Assembly (NCBI RefSeq): GCF_000025665.1 | Contig: NC_013926.1 | Span: 450,001-482,000 of the forward strand | DNA: 32,000 nt | Origin: Aciduliprofundum boonei T469 | GTDB taxonomy: Archaea; Thermoplasmatota; Thermoplasmata; Thermoplasmatales; Aciduliprofundaceae | Direction of reading: 5' to 3' | Shown here: positions 5,822 to 14,347 of the stretch, one piece after another | Numbering within the stretch: position 1 is the stretch's first letter | Layout of the letters: every line of letters begins with the position of its first letter | The notes under the pieces: model-generated | Databases searched by the model: none | Seen by the model: only the letters and a program-made list of their open reading frames with translations | What the model was told of the DNA's origin: nothing | Program-made: the position numbers and the translations under genes

Positions 5822-7213
5822 CTACTTGAAGAATTTCTCAACTCTCTTTTTCATCTCAAGTCTGCGAGGTATCCCACTTATTATTCCCTCAAGATATTCC
5901 GCCTTACCTAGAAGTTTTATTCCATCTTTTCCAACTTCGTACTCAATTATGCCTCTCTCATAGTTCACACTACTACTCTTTATAACAACCATAACCTTTC
6001 TAAGCTCGGCACCTATTTCGGCATATCTCAAATCTATTATGTTATCAACTAAGTATATTACATTTACATTGCCCAGGCTATATGAGGATATTATGGTAGG
6101 CGTTGTATAAGTTATTAGGGTTAATATATTCCTCTCTTTTAAATTCTTCAAAAATTCGTGATACACCTTTCTTATTTCATCGTTCATTTCAACTTCATTT
6201 ATGCCGTCTAAAACCACCCTCTTTGCATTATTCAATTCTTTAAGCGCTTTCCACATAAACTCATAGGGATCAAAGTTAAATGGGTCCTGATAAATTATCT
6301 TACAGGTACTTAAATTAAACCCCAAATCCTTAACTCTTTTAAGCACATCTTTCTCGGGAAAGGCAAAGGATACATAAACACACTTCTCCCCTTTTTTAGC
6401 AGCTTCATTTAAAAAATAATAAGCCATAAGCGTTTTACCCGTTCCTGGCGGTCCGGTCAGCAATGTAACATCACCAGTATAAATGTTCCCCAATATCTTC
6501 TCCATACCCTTTATCCCAAATTTTACCGTTTGAGGTTTCTGAGGTTCTACTTTCGGTAATATACTGGGATAGACCTCCAAACCATTATTGCTTATTTTAA
6601 ACCCATGCTTTCCATATACAAAATCGCTGCCTCTCATTTTCAATATCTGTATTCTCCTATGTATGCCATCATAATACAAAACAAGCACACTATCTGCAAC
6701 ATACTCTTCAGCCCCAGCGCTTCTACCCTCTGAAGTAAACAGCATGGTACCTCCTGCCCTCTTTATCCTATGTGAGAGCTCAAAAATAGCTGCTCTTAAA
6801 TCTTGTAAAGTTCCATATTTGGGCGATAATGGAGCTATCCCGTCTAGAGCTATAATGTTCGTTTTATGAACGCCCATATTTGTGGTTATAACTTCCGCAA
6901 GAAGATTCACATCCAAAACATCTTTACCAAGAAGTGGTCTTATACTGCCAAAATCAAGATGATGTACCCTATCTTTAACTTCCTCATATGTTTTTTTCAT
7001 CCCTTCAGGCAAATTTTTTACTATATTATCCCAAGATTCTTCCATGGAAACATAGAGAACTTCCTTCCCCGCCTTTGCATGGTACAATAGATAATTTACA
7101 GCAAACAGGGTTTTTCCTGCCCCTTGTGTGCCTTTAATCAAATTAAAACTATGTTCTAAAAAACCACCCTGCATCAACGAATCCAATTTAGGTATGCCTG
7201 TGCCGATTCTCAT
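5822..7213 (-). CDS. Two-domain KaiC-like / RecA-superfamily ATPase
   Basis: Two tandem RecA-like domains, each with a Walker A ('GTQGAGKT' and 'GPPGTGKT') and a Walker B-like strand ('NIIALDG' and 'RVVLDG'). The N-domain keeps the KaiC-type 'VSMEES' glutamates, whereas the C-domain reads 'VSFAFPEK'. The start overlaps the upstream RHH gene by ATGA. Confidence 0.85.
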   Translation of the reverse strand: MRIGTGIPKLDSLMQGGFLEHSFNLIKGTQGAGKTLFAVNYLLYHAKAGKEVLYVSMEESWDNIVKNLPEGMKKTYEEVKDRVHHLDFGSIRPLLGKDVLDVNLLAEVITTNMGVHKTNIIALDGIAPLSPKYGTLQDLRAAIFELSHRIKRAGGTMLFTSEGRSAGAEEYVADSVLVLYYDGIHRRIQILKMRGSDFVYGKHGFKISNNGLEVYPSILPKVEPQKPQTVKFGIKGMEKILGNIYTGDVTLLTGPPGTGKTLMAYYFLNEAAKKGEKCVYVSFAFPEKDVLKRVKDLGFNLSTCKIIYQDPFNFDPYEFMWKALKELNNAKRVVLDGINEVEMNDEIRKVYHEFLKNLKERNILTLITYTTPTIISSYSLGNVNVIYLVDNIIDLRYAEIGAELRKVMVVIKSSSVNYERGIIEYEVGKDGIKLLGKAEYLEGIISGIPRRLEMKKRVEKFFK

Positions 7214-7572
7214 AACTCCCCCTCCAGCAATCTTCTAGCCAATAGCTCAGCAAGGGTAGGTCCAAGTTTATCCTGAAGAATCTCAACCACTCTAGCTACA
7301 TACTCCTCCGCATCTTCCTCATCTATTTCCTCTATCTTCTGCGCCATTTCCCTGGCATCTTCTTCATCCATAAAGTTTCTCAAAATGCTCTCTATTTTTT
7401 GAGGCATATATCCCATTGCTTTTTTGAGTATTAACTCCCTCTCCTTTATTTCCTTCACATATCTTCTTATAGCATCCCTAACAAACTCTGAAGGTCCTTT
7501 CCATCCATAATGAGGGTACTCTTTTATTATCTCATATATTGCAAGATACATTTCTTTTGGAACCCTCACCAT
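7210..7572 (-). CDS. Ribbon-helix-helix (CopG/Arc-like) DNA-binding protein with an acidic C-terminal half
   Basis: The N-terminus 'MVRVPKEMYLAIYEIIKEY...GPSEFVRDAIRRYVKEI' fits a beta-alpha-alpha RHH. The C-terminus is rich in E/D. M13 (7572) is preferred over 7608 because a TATA-like box (7595-7602) lies about 26 nt upstream. Confidence 0.65.
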   Translation of the reverse strand: MVRVPKEMYLAIYEIIKEYPHYGWKGPSEFVRDAIRRYVKEIKERELILKKAMGYMPQKIESILRNFMDEEDAREMAQKIEEIDEEDAEEYVARVVEILQDKLGPTLAELLARRLLEGEL

Positions 7573-7594
7573 CTTATCCTCTTCGCTTCCCACG

Positions 7595-7602
7595 CTATAA
7601 AC
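7595..7602 (-). promoter_or_regulatory. TATA-like box for the RHH/KaiC-like operon
   Basis: The plus-strand ctataaac is centred about 26.5 nt upstream of ATG 7572. Confidence 0.4.
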
Positions 7603-7640
7603 TAACAATGTTTTTGTATTTAATCTTTCCCCAATGTAAG

Positions 7641-7650
7641 ATTTTTATAA
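7641..7650 (+). promoter_or_regulatory. TATA box for leaderless pdxT
   Basis: The sequence atttttataa is centred about 26.5 nt upstream of ATG 7672. Confidence 0.5.
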
Positions 7651-7671
7651 ACTCTTACCATATCGCATTTT

Positions 7672-8250
7672 ATGAAAATAGGTGTGCTAGCCATTCAAGG
7701 AGATGTCAGTGAGCATATAGAAGCTGTTAAGAGAGCGCTAGAGAATTTTGATGTTAGTGGGGATGTTCTTTACATAAGAAAAAAAGAGCAGATATCACGA
7801 CTAGATTACATAATAATTCCTGGGGGCGAGAGCACAACAATATCCAGATTAATGGTAAATAGCGGGATATACACTGAGATTCTAAAGCATGCAGAAAATG
7901 GCGAGTTGGGAGTAATAGGCACCTGTGCTGGTTCAATTCTCATGGCAAAGGATGTTATTGATGATAAAAGGGTTAAAACCCTAGGTTTAATGGATATGGC
8001 AGTTAGAAGAAACTTCTTTGGTAGACAGAGGGAGAGTTTTGAAACAGAGCTGGATATCGAAGGATTGGGGAAATACCATGCAGTTTTCATAAGAGCGCCC
8101 GTAATTGATAAATGCTGGGATGGTTGCAGGCCACTCGCGTACATAGGAGATAAAATAGCCATGGCTAAAGAGGGTTCTTTTGTCGCCTTAATATTTCACC
8201 CTGAGCTTACCGATGATTACAGAATCTACAAATTATTTTTGAATCTATGA
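7672..8250 (+). CDS. pdxT: Pyridoxal 5'-phosphate synthase glutaminase subunit PdxT
   Basis: 'MKIGVLAIQGDVSEH', 'IIIPGGESTT', 'GTCAGSILMA' (nucleophilic Cys) and 'FHPELT', at the typical length of 192 aa. Confidence 0.9.
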   Translation: MKIGVLAIQGDVSEHIEAVKRALENFDVSGDVLYIRKKEQISRLDYIIIPGGESTTISRLMVNSGIYTEILKHAENGELGVIGTCAGSILMAKDVIDDKRVKTLGLMDMAVRRNFFGRQRESFETELDIEGLGKYHAVFIRAPVIDKCWDGCRPLAYIGDKIAMAKEGSFVALIFHPELTDDYRIYKLFLNL

Positions 8251-8319
8251 GGGGGGCCTATATTTCCAGTGGAGGGTAAGTTTTAACTCTTGGCTTGCAT
8301 TTACCTCCTTGGTGATCCT

Positions 8320-9435
8320 ATGAAATATACTGCATTGCATGATGTCCATAAGAATATGGGTGCTAAAATGACAGAGTTTGCCGGCTATGATATGCCTTTA
8401 TGGTATACGAGCATAATAGATGAGCACAAAGCTGTAAGAAAAAGTGTTGGGGTTTTTGATGTTTCACATATGGGAGATATTATTGTAGAAGGTCCTGATG
8501 CTACAGAGTTTTTAAGTTTTATACTTCCAACAGATTTTTCTAAGGTAAAAGTGTGGAAAGCAACATATACTGCTTTTATAAATCATAAAGGTATACTTAT
8601 AGATGATACTATAGTAACAAAATTGGCAGAGGATAGATACTTATTGGTGCCCAATGCTGCCACATCTGATTTGATTTATAACTGGCTTTTTGCTCTAAGT
8701 GGAGGGTACAATGTAAATATAAAAAATTTAACCTCTGAGTTTTCCTGCTTAGCTGTTCAGGGTCCGAATGCAGAAAAAACCTTGCAAAAAATAGTTAACG
8801 AAGATTTAAGTAAAATAGGATTTTTTGAAGCTAGCTATGTAGGATTGAAAGATATTAGTATAGAGGATAATGAAATATCTGGAAATAAGGCATTTATCTC
8901 CAGAACTGGTTATACTGGAGAGGATGGTTTTGAAATAATTGTACCAAATGTAAATTCTAAAGACTTATGGTTCAAAGTTCTTGATGCGGGAAAAGAGTTT
9001 GGTATAAAACCCTGTGGTTTAGGAGCGAGGGATACTTTAAGAATGGAAAAGGGATTTTTGCTTAGTGGTCAGGATTTTCATCCTCAGCATGAGCCTAGAA
9101 CGCCTTTGGAGGCGGGGACATCTTGGATTATTGATTGGGAGCACGAATTTTTGGGAAGAGAGAAACTTTTAAAAATGAAAGAAGAAAAGAAATATGATCT
9201 CTTCAGAGGAGTTATAGTGAAGGGTAGGGGGATACCCAGACATGGGTACAAGCTTTATAAAGATGAGGAGGAAATAGGTTATCTTACCAGTGGTACAATG
9301 TCTCCTACTTTGGGAGTAGGCATAGGGCTGGGCTATGTGAAAAGACCTTACATTAAAGTGGGTACAGAAGTTTATATAGATATAAGAGGTAGAAAGGTAG
9401 AAGCGGAGATAAGAAAGCCAAGATTGGTAAAGTAA
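8320..9435 (+). CDS. gcvT: Aminomethyltransferase (glycine cleavage system T protein)
   Basis: 'TALHDVHKNMGAKMTEFAGYDMPLWY', 'EHKAVRKSVGVFDVSHMG', 'SRTGYTGEDGFEI' and 'GLGARDTLRMEKG'. ATG 8320 has GGTGAT upstream and is preferred over the track start 8290. Confidence 0.9.
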   Translation: MKYTALHDVHKNMGAKMTEFAGYDMPLWYTSIIDEHKAVRKSVGVFDVSHMGDIIVEGPDATEFLSFILPTDFSKVKVWKATYTAFINHKGILIDDTIVTKLAEDRYLLVPNAATSDLIYNWLFALSGGYNVNIKNLTSEFSCLAVQGPNAEKTLQKIVNEDLSKIGFFEASYVGLKDISIEDNEISGNKAFISRTGYTGEDGFEIIVPNVNSKDLWFKVLDAGKEFGIKPCGLGARDTLRMEKGFLLSGQDFHPQHEPRTPLEAGTSWIIDWEHEFLGREKLLKMKEEKKYDLFRGVIVKGRGIPRHGYKLYKDEEEIGYLTSGTMSPTLGVGIGLGYVKRPYIKVGTEVYIDIRGRKVEAEIRKPRLVK

Positions 9436-9465
9436 CTCCATTGGAAATGGTGGGGTCTCCCTAGA

Positions 9466-10071
9466 TTATATGAATATATAAAAAGAGGCAAAGCCAGCAA
9501 TACTCAGCATTAGGAGTACTATGTATATGTATATATTCCAGTTGAGAATTTTAACTCCATCCATGGGACCTATAGGTAGAAGGTTAAAAAATGCCAAAAA
9601 GAAGTTAAGGGAAGCTATATAAGCAAACATTGCGAATAAATAGTGAAAGGGCATAATAAAAGCTGCACCTAAAAGAGAAAAACCTGCAATTATATTTGTT
9701 ATAGGTCCTGCAGCGGATATTTTCCCATTCTCATCCTTTGAAGGAAAACCATAAACATAGACAGCTCCAGGAGCGGCAAATAAAAAACCCATGAAACTAC
9801 TTAAAAAAGCGATGAGTAATCCCATTTTCCAAGCTCTAAAAGCTGCTGGATAACCGTATTTGAATGCTACATATTTATGAGCCATTTCATGTAAGAAGAA
9901 GGCAATAAGCACGGCCAAGAAAGCAGTTAAAAGATCCAGTAAGTTTATTATACCATGAAATAAAAGATATCTTGAGATCAAAATATAAAATGCGAAAGTC
10001 AAAATTAATAAAGCTAAGGCGATATCTCTCTTTTCCTCTGGATAAAATCTGAAATTGCCAGGGTATCTCAT
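9466..10071 (-). CDS. Site-2 protease family (peptidase M50) intramembrane metalloprotease, minimal form
   Basis: A 201-aa polytopic membrane protein with 'HEMAHKY' (HExxH) and 'NLLPIGPMDG' (the LDG-type third zinc ligand). Its ATG overlaps the stop of the upstream TPR gene (ATGA). Confidence 0.85.
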   Translation of the reverse strand: MRYPGNFRFYPEEKRDIALALLILTFAFYILISRYLLFHGIINLLDLLTAFLAVLIAFFLHEMAHKYVAFKYGYPAAFRAWKMGLLIAFLSSFMGFLFAAPGAVYVYGFPSKDENGKISAAGPITNIIAGFSLLGAAFIMPFHYLFAMFAYIASLNFFLAFFNLLPIGPMDGVKILNWNIYIYIVLLMLSIAGFASFYIFI

Positions 10072-13000
10072 AGATAACTCCCCTCCTCAGTACTATTTTC
10101 CCTCTCATCCATTTCTTGAATTTCTTCATCATTTATTTTTGCATTCTTCTCAACTTCTTCAGAAGTTTCCTCCTCGAGCTCTTTGAGCAAAATCTGAATA
10201 AGCTTTGCTTTACACACTCCCACATTAAGGTTCATCATAATATTCAGAACGGAAGTGTTTTGGAGATTCAAATCTAAAACCTTTCTGAGTAGGCGCTCAT
10301 CATCTTTAGTTACCCTGTCTATTGTGTTTTTATTCAAACAAGTTTCTATGTATCCGAGCAAAATTTTAGCATCTTTAACCGAAAGCTCTGAATTGGCTAC
10401 AATGTCCATAAGTGAAAGATTATCAATTTTCTTCAATTTGTTGGCAATTTTCAAGCTCTCCTTCTCTAAAAACTTCTGCTCTTTCTCATCTAAACTCTCA
10501 ATTTTTATTTTCTCAATATCCCTAATGTAAGTGAAAACCTTGGAGAGTATATTAAGGGGAATGTTGAGATTTTTAAAAGCATCTTTTTTAGTTACCTTCT
10601 TGCCAGTTCTATACTCATGAAGTAATATTTTTCTAGCATATTTCTCTAGTTCCATTTCTTCTATTATCCTTTCACAATCAGCTTTTCCCTCCTGAGCAGA
10701 AGTCAAATCTGGATTAATCTCTAACGCTTTATTAAAAGCTCTTAAAGCCTCCTTTGGTTTGTTCAATTTGAGTAAGAGCAAACCCTTAGAGCTCCATATA
10801 TGAGCATCCTCTGGATCCAACTCTAAAGCTTTTTCCACATAGTTCAATGCCTTATTTAGATATCCTGCACCCTCGTAAGCAAAAGACAAGAATGTGTAAA
10901 CAGCCTTATCCTTCGGATCAATTAGAGAAGCTCTTTCAAAAGCTTTTATGGCCTCATTATATTTGTTTAGGGTGAGATAGCATCTACCTAAACTAATCCA
11001 GGAGCTCTTATCCTTCTTATCAATGTCCACTACCTTATTATATATTTTTACAGCATCTTCATACCTTTCCTCAGCCTCCAGAGCTTTGCCCAGGAGGCGA
11101 AGGGCATCTAAATTGTTATTTTTACCGAGAGGTTTTAGAAGAGCTATTACATCATCATATTTTCCTAATTCGAACATTATGGATGCAAGGTTGATTCTGG
11201 CATCATCAGAATCTTCTAATTCAAAGGCCTTGTTTGCGTAGTTGTACGCAGAATTTAAATCACCCATTTTCAAATAAATCCTTGAGCCCAGGAGATAGAA
11301 TTTGGCATCCTTTTTCCATTCTATTGCCCTTTCTATAGACTTTATAGCCTCCTGCAGATCACCTACCTTATAATACGCCTTAGCGAGCTTGTGATATATA
11401 TGAGGAGAGGCATTTAAATTCAAAGCATCCTTATAATGTTCTATGGCAGAGGTGTAATTTTTCAAATAATAATATGTATCTCCAAGAAGCTCTAATAACT
11501 CTGCATTTTTATTCAATTCTAGAGCTCTTAAAAGATACTCTTTGGCATCTTCATATTTTTTTAGTTTTATCAATGCAGAGCTTAAATCTCTTAAATTATC
11601 ATAATCCTCTGGAGCTATTGATAGTATTTTTTTGCAAACATCTATGGCATCGGCAAATCTATTATGCTTGAGTAAGGTAGCTTTTAGTTCATAGAGCAAA
11701 ACATCATTATCAGGAAAAATCTCTAAAGCATCTCTGTAAGTGGCTATAGCGCTGTCAACCTTGCCCATGGAATCGTAAGCAACAGCCAGATCTCTCCACG
11801 CGGAGATGTTTTTCTTGTTTATTGTTAATATTTCCTTAGAAGTTTCAATCACACACTCATAGTCCTTAAGCTCTTTACAGACATCCTTCTTCAAGACTAA
11901 GAATTTCTCCTTTCTCTCGTAATTTAAAGCTAGATTTAGGTCTTTTAATGCAGCCTCGTATTCTCTCTTTTTGAACCTCAGGTAAGCTCTCTTGTAAATA
12001 TATTCCGAATTACCCCTTTCCAGCTTTATAAGAGAAGTGAATATTTTGAGTGCCTCATCGTAATTACCTAATTTAATTAGAGAATCGCCCTTCTCGTATA
12101 GGGCCTTGGTAAATTCAGAGTTTAATTTGAGGGCTGAGTCAAAACTCTTTATTGCTTCCTCATATCTCTTTATTTTCTTGAGACAAATACCCTTTTCGTA
12201 CCACAACCTCATATCATTTGGATCCAGCTTTAAGGCTTTTTCGTAGTACTCTACAGCTTCGTTGTATTTTCCAAGCTTCTCCATAACCCAGGCAAGATTC
12301 TTCCAGTATTTTTTATTATTTGGATTTATAGTTGATGCCTTTTCGAAAGAATATCTTGCATTTTCTAAATCTCCAAGTTTATAATAAATCATCCCAAGAA
12401 GGTTCCAGCCCTCATCACTATCCTCATTGAGTTTTAATCCCCTCTCAAGAGTTTTTTTAGCATCATCGTATCTGCTAACGATATAATATGCTCTAGCCAA
12501 ATCCAGATAGGTTTCAAAATCTCCCTCCATGGAAATTATCTGAGTACCTGCGTTTATAATTTCCTGGGGTTTATTTAGATCCTTGGCTATATCCTTTCTC
12601 AACTTCCAAAGTTCTATATTAGAAGGCTCTATTTCTGTTGCCCTTATAGCAAAATTAAGAGCACTTTCTAATTTTCCGACTTCCCTATAAGCCTTTGCTT
12701 CATCCACCAAAGAACCAATATCGTTAGGTTCAATTTTTAGAATATCTTCGCATATAGATATAACCCTCTCCCATTGTCCCTTCTTTTTCATAATTTCTTT
12801 TTGAAGTTTGAGAGTAGGAAGATGCCTAGGCAGAGATTTCAAAATATCCAGAGTTATATTATAAGCCTTTTCCAGCTCTCCAGTGTGATAATAGCTTAGG
12901 GCAAGGTCATACATAAGCTCTGTGTCTTCATATCCCACATCTAAAAGACCCACACATGCTGCGGCAAGCTCATCATAAACCTTCAATTTTTTTGCAACAT

Positions 13001-13961
13001 CTCTTCTGAGTAGAAGAGCGGACTCGTATTTTTTATCCAGCTCCAAAGCTCTATTTATGGACTTTAAAGCCTCGGAATCTCTTTCAAGAATATGGAGGAC
13101 AGATGCTTCCAAATACCAGGATTTTTTATCATTGGGATCAATTTTTATAGCCTCTTTAAAGCATTTCAAGGCCTCTTCATACTCACCCCTCTTCTTGTAG
13201 AGAATGCCCAAATTAATCCATGACTTTTTATCATTAGGATCAATTTTTATGGCTTTTTTAAGTGCATTTATTGCCTCTCTCATTCTATCAATATTTGCAT
13301 ATGCAGCACCAAGATACACCCAAGCTTCTTGGTGCTCTGCATTTATACTCACAACTTTCTTCATTATTTTTACACATTCAGCATAACTCTGAATTTTGTA
13401 TAATTGTACACCTTTTTTGAATAAAATTTCAAGGTCTTTTGGTCTGTACTCCAAATATTTGTCATAGTATTTTATCTCGTCAGGATACATTTTTATGAGC
13501 TTTTTATAAACATCTAATGCCTCGTCAATATCTCCCTTAAGTTGATATATTTCAGCTTTTGTCTCCCAAACCTCTTTACTCCGCCTGTCTATCTGTAAAG
13601 CCTTTTCAATTATATATGCTGCTTTCTTGTACTCCTTTTGCAGGGCTAAAAGCATAGCATAGTTCGTGTATGCGCTTACATTAGAAGGGTCTAATTTTTT
13701 TGCGAGTTTGTATGCTTCCAAAGCATCCTTTATAGCACCAACTTTTTGCAAAGCCATTCCAGTATTTACTAAAAGAGCAGAAAAGGATTCATTTTCATTC
13801 TTAATTAATTCCAAATTCTCGTTTATTAAATTAATTGACCTTCTCAAATAATCCTTACCTTCTGGGTTGTTTTTATTAATTAGCTTTACTCCCCTCTCAT
13901 ATAATTTTTCCGCCTTTCCGTAGAGCTTCATCTCTTTGTTGAGCAAATTCTCTAGGACCAC
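10068..13961 (-). CDS. Giant tetratricopeptide-repeat (TPR) protein of 1297 aa, with a 193-aa non-TPR C-terminal region and an acidic tail
   Basis: About 1100 aa of consecutive 34-aa TPR units (recurrent 'A..Y.KAL.LDP.N...W...G'). It uses a GTG start at 13961, preceded by GGTGAGAGG. No transmembrane segment or signal peptide is visible. Confidence 0.9.
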   Translation of the reverse strand: MVLENLLNKEMKLYGKAEKLYERGVKLINKNNPEGKDYLRRSINLINENLELIKNENESFSALLVNTGMALQKVGAIKDALEAYKLAKKLDPSNVSAYTNYAMLLALQKEYKKAAYIIEKALQIDRRSKEVWETKAEIYQLKGDIDEALDVYKKLIKMYPDEIKYYDKYLEYRPKDLEILFKKGVQLYKIQSYAECVKIMKKVVSINAEHQEAWVYLGAAYANIDRMREAINALKKAIKIDPNDKKSWINLGILYKKRGEYEEALKCFKEAIKIDPNDKKSWYLEASVLHILERDSEALKSINRALELDKKYESALLLRRDVAKKLKVYDELAAACVGLLDVGYEDTELMYDLALSYYHTGELEKAYNITLDILKSLPRHLPTLKLQKEIMKKKGQWERVISICEDILKIEPNDIGSLVDEAKAYREVGKLESALNFAIRATEIEPSNIELWKLRKDIAKDLNKPQEIINAGTQIISMEGDFETYLDLARAYYIVSRYDDAKKTLERGLKLNEDSDEGWNLLGMIYYKLGDLENARYSFEKASTINPNNKKYWKNLAWVMEKLGKYNEAVEYYEKALKLDPNDMRLWYEKGICLKKIKRYEEAIKSFDSALKLNSEFTKALYEKGDSLIKLGNYDEALKIFTSLIKLERGNSEYIYKRAYLRFKKREYEAALKDLNLALNYERKEKFLVLKKDVCKELKDYECVIETSKEILTINKKNISAWRDLAVAYDSMGKVDSAIATYRDALEIFPDNDVLLYELKATLLKHNRFADAIDVCKKILSIAPEDYDNLRDLSSALIKLKKYEDAKEYLLRALELNKNAELLELLGDTYYYLKNYTSAIEHYKDALNLNASPHIYHKLAKAYYKVGDLQEAIKSIERAIEWKKDAKFYLLGSRIYLKMGDLNSAYNYANKAFELEDSDDARINLASIMFELGKYDDVIALLKPLGKNNNLDALRLLGKALEAEERYEDAVKIYNKVVDIDKKDKSSWISLGRCYLTLNKYNEAIKAFERASLIDPKDKAVYTFLSFAYEGAGYLNKALNYVEKALELDPEDAHIWSSKGLLLLKLNKPKEALRAFNKALEINPDLTSAQEGKADCERIIEEMELEKYARKILLHEYRTGKKVTKKDAFKNLNIPLNILSKVFTYIRDIEKIKIESLDEKEQKFLEKESLKIANKLKKIDNLSLMDIVANSELSVKDAKILLGYIETCLNKNTIDRVTKDDERLLRKVLDLNLQNTSVLNIMMNLNVGVCKAKLIQILLKELEEETSEEVEKNAKINDEEIQEMDERENSTEEGSYL

Positions 13962-14060
13962 TACCTCTCACCTAAATCAGTATTCTCAAAGGTATTATTA
14001 AAATTTTCTAAGAAATGTAAATGCTGCTATAAAGAATATAAAAAATTTTCACAGAAAAAT

Positions 14061-14070
14061 TTTTAATATT
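14061..14070 (+). promoter_or_regulatory. TATA-like box for gar1-tfb
   Basis: The sequence ttttaatatt is centred about 24.5 nt upstream of ATG 14090. Confidence 0.4.
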
Positions 14071-14089
14071 TACGAAAAGTTTAAATACT

Positions 14090-14347
14090 ATGAAATCCAT
14101 TTCATCCATTGTGAAAAGTGTTAAAGGTAATGTGGTCTGCATCGAGGGCAATTACATAATCGCTAGAGCCAAGGTTAAGAGGAGCGGTCAGAAGGTTTAC
14201 ACGCCATCTGGCAAGTATGTGGGAAGGGTTGTGCGAGTATTTGGTCCTGTTGAAGCTCCTTATATCAAGGTGAAGGTAGAAAGAAAATGGGGGAGGAAGG
14301 TGAGCGAGATTGTAGTAAGAGGTGATAGAAATGGGAGAAAAAGATAA
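14090..14347 (+). CDS. gar1: H/ACA ribonucleoprotein complex subunit Gar1
   Basis: An 85-aa protein whose '[22 protein letters not shown]' matches the archaeal Gar1 core motif (VG.V..VFGPV..PY). The C-terminus is basic. Confidence 0.75.
   Translation: MKSISSIVKSVKGNVVCIEGNYIIARAKVKRSGQKVYTPSGKYVGRVVRVFGPVEAPYIKVKVERKWGRKVSEIVVRGDRNGRKR

Noticed and set aside
7672-9435. Orphan subunit genes: pdxT without pdxS, gcvT without gcvH/P, and (at 24939) guaA subunit B without subunit A.
   Set aside because: Dispersed subunit genes are common in compact archaeal genomes, and the partners are presumably encoded elsewhere. This cannot be evaluated from a 32-kb window.
13123-13250. A 26-nt DNA repeat (tttttatcatt[g/a]ggatcaatttttat) occurring twice exactly 102 nt apart.
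   Set aside because: It lies inside the TPR gene, and 102 nt is one 34-codon TPR unit. Both copies encode 'KIDPNDKKSW', so this is a recent internal duplication of adjacent TPR units and not an independent element.
10255-13851. Five plus-strand ORFs of 60-91 aa in the track (10255, 11023, 11474, 13204 and 13666).
   Set aside because: All are antisense to the continuous 1297-aa TPR ORF. They are low-complexity and have no start context, making them shadow ORFs in AT-rich repetitive coding sequence.
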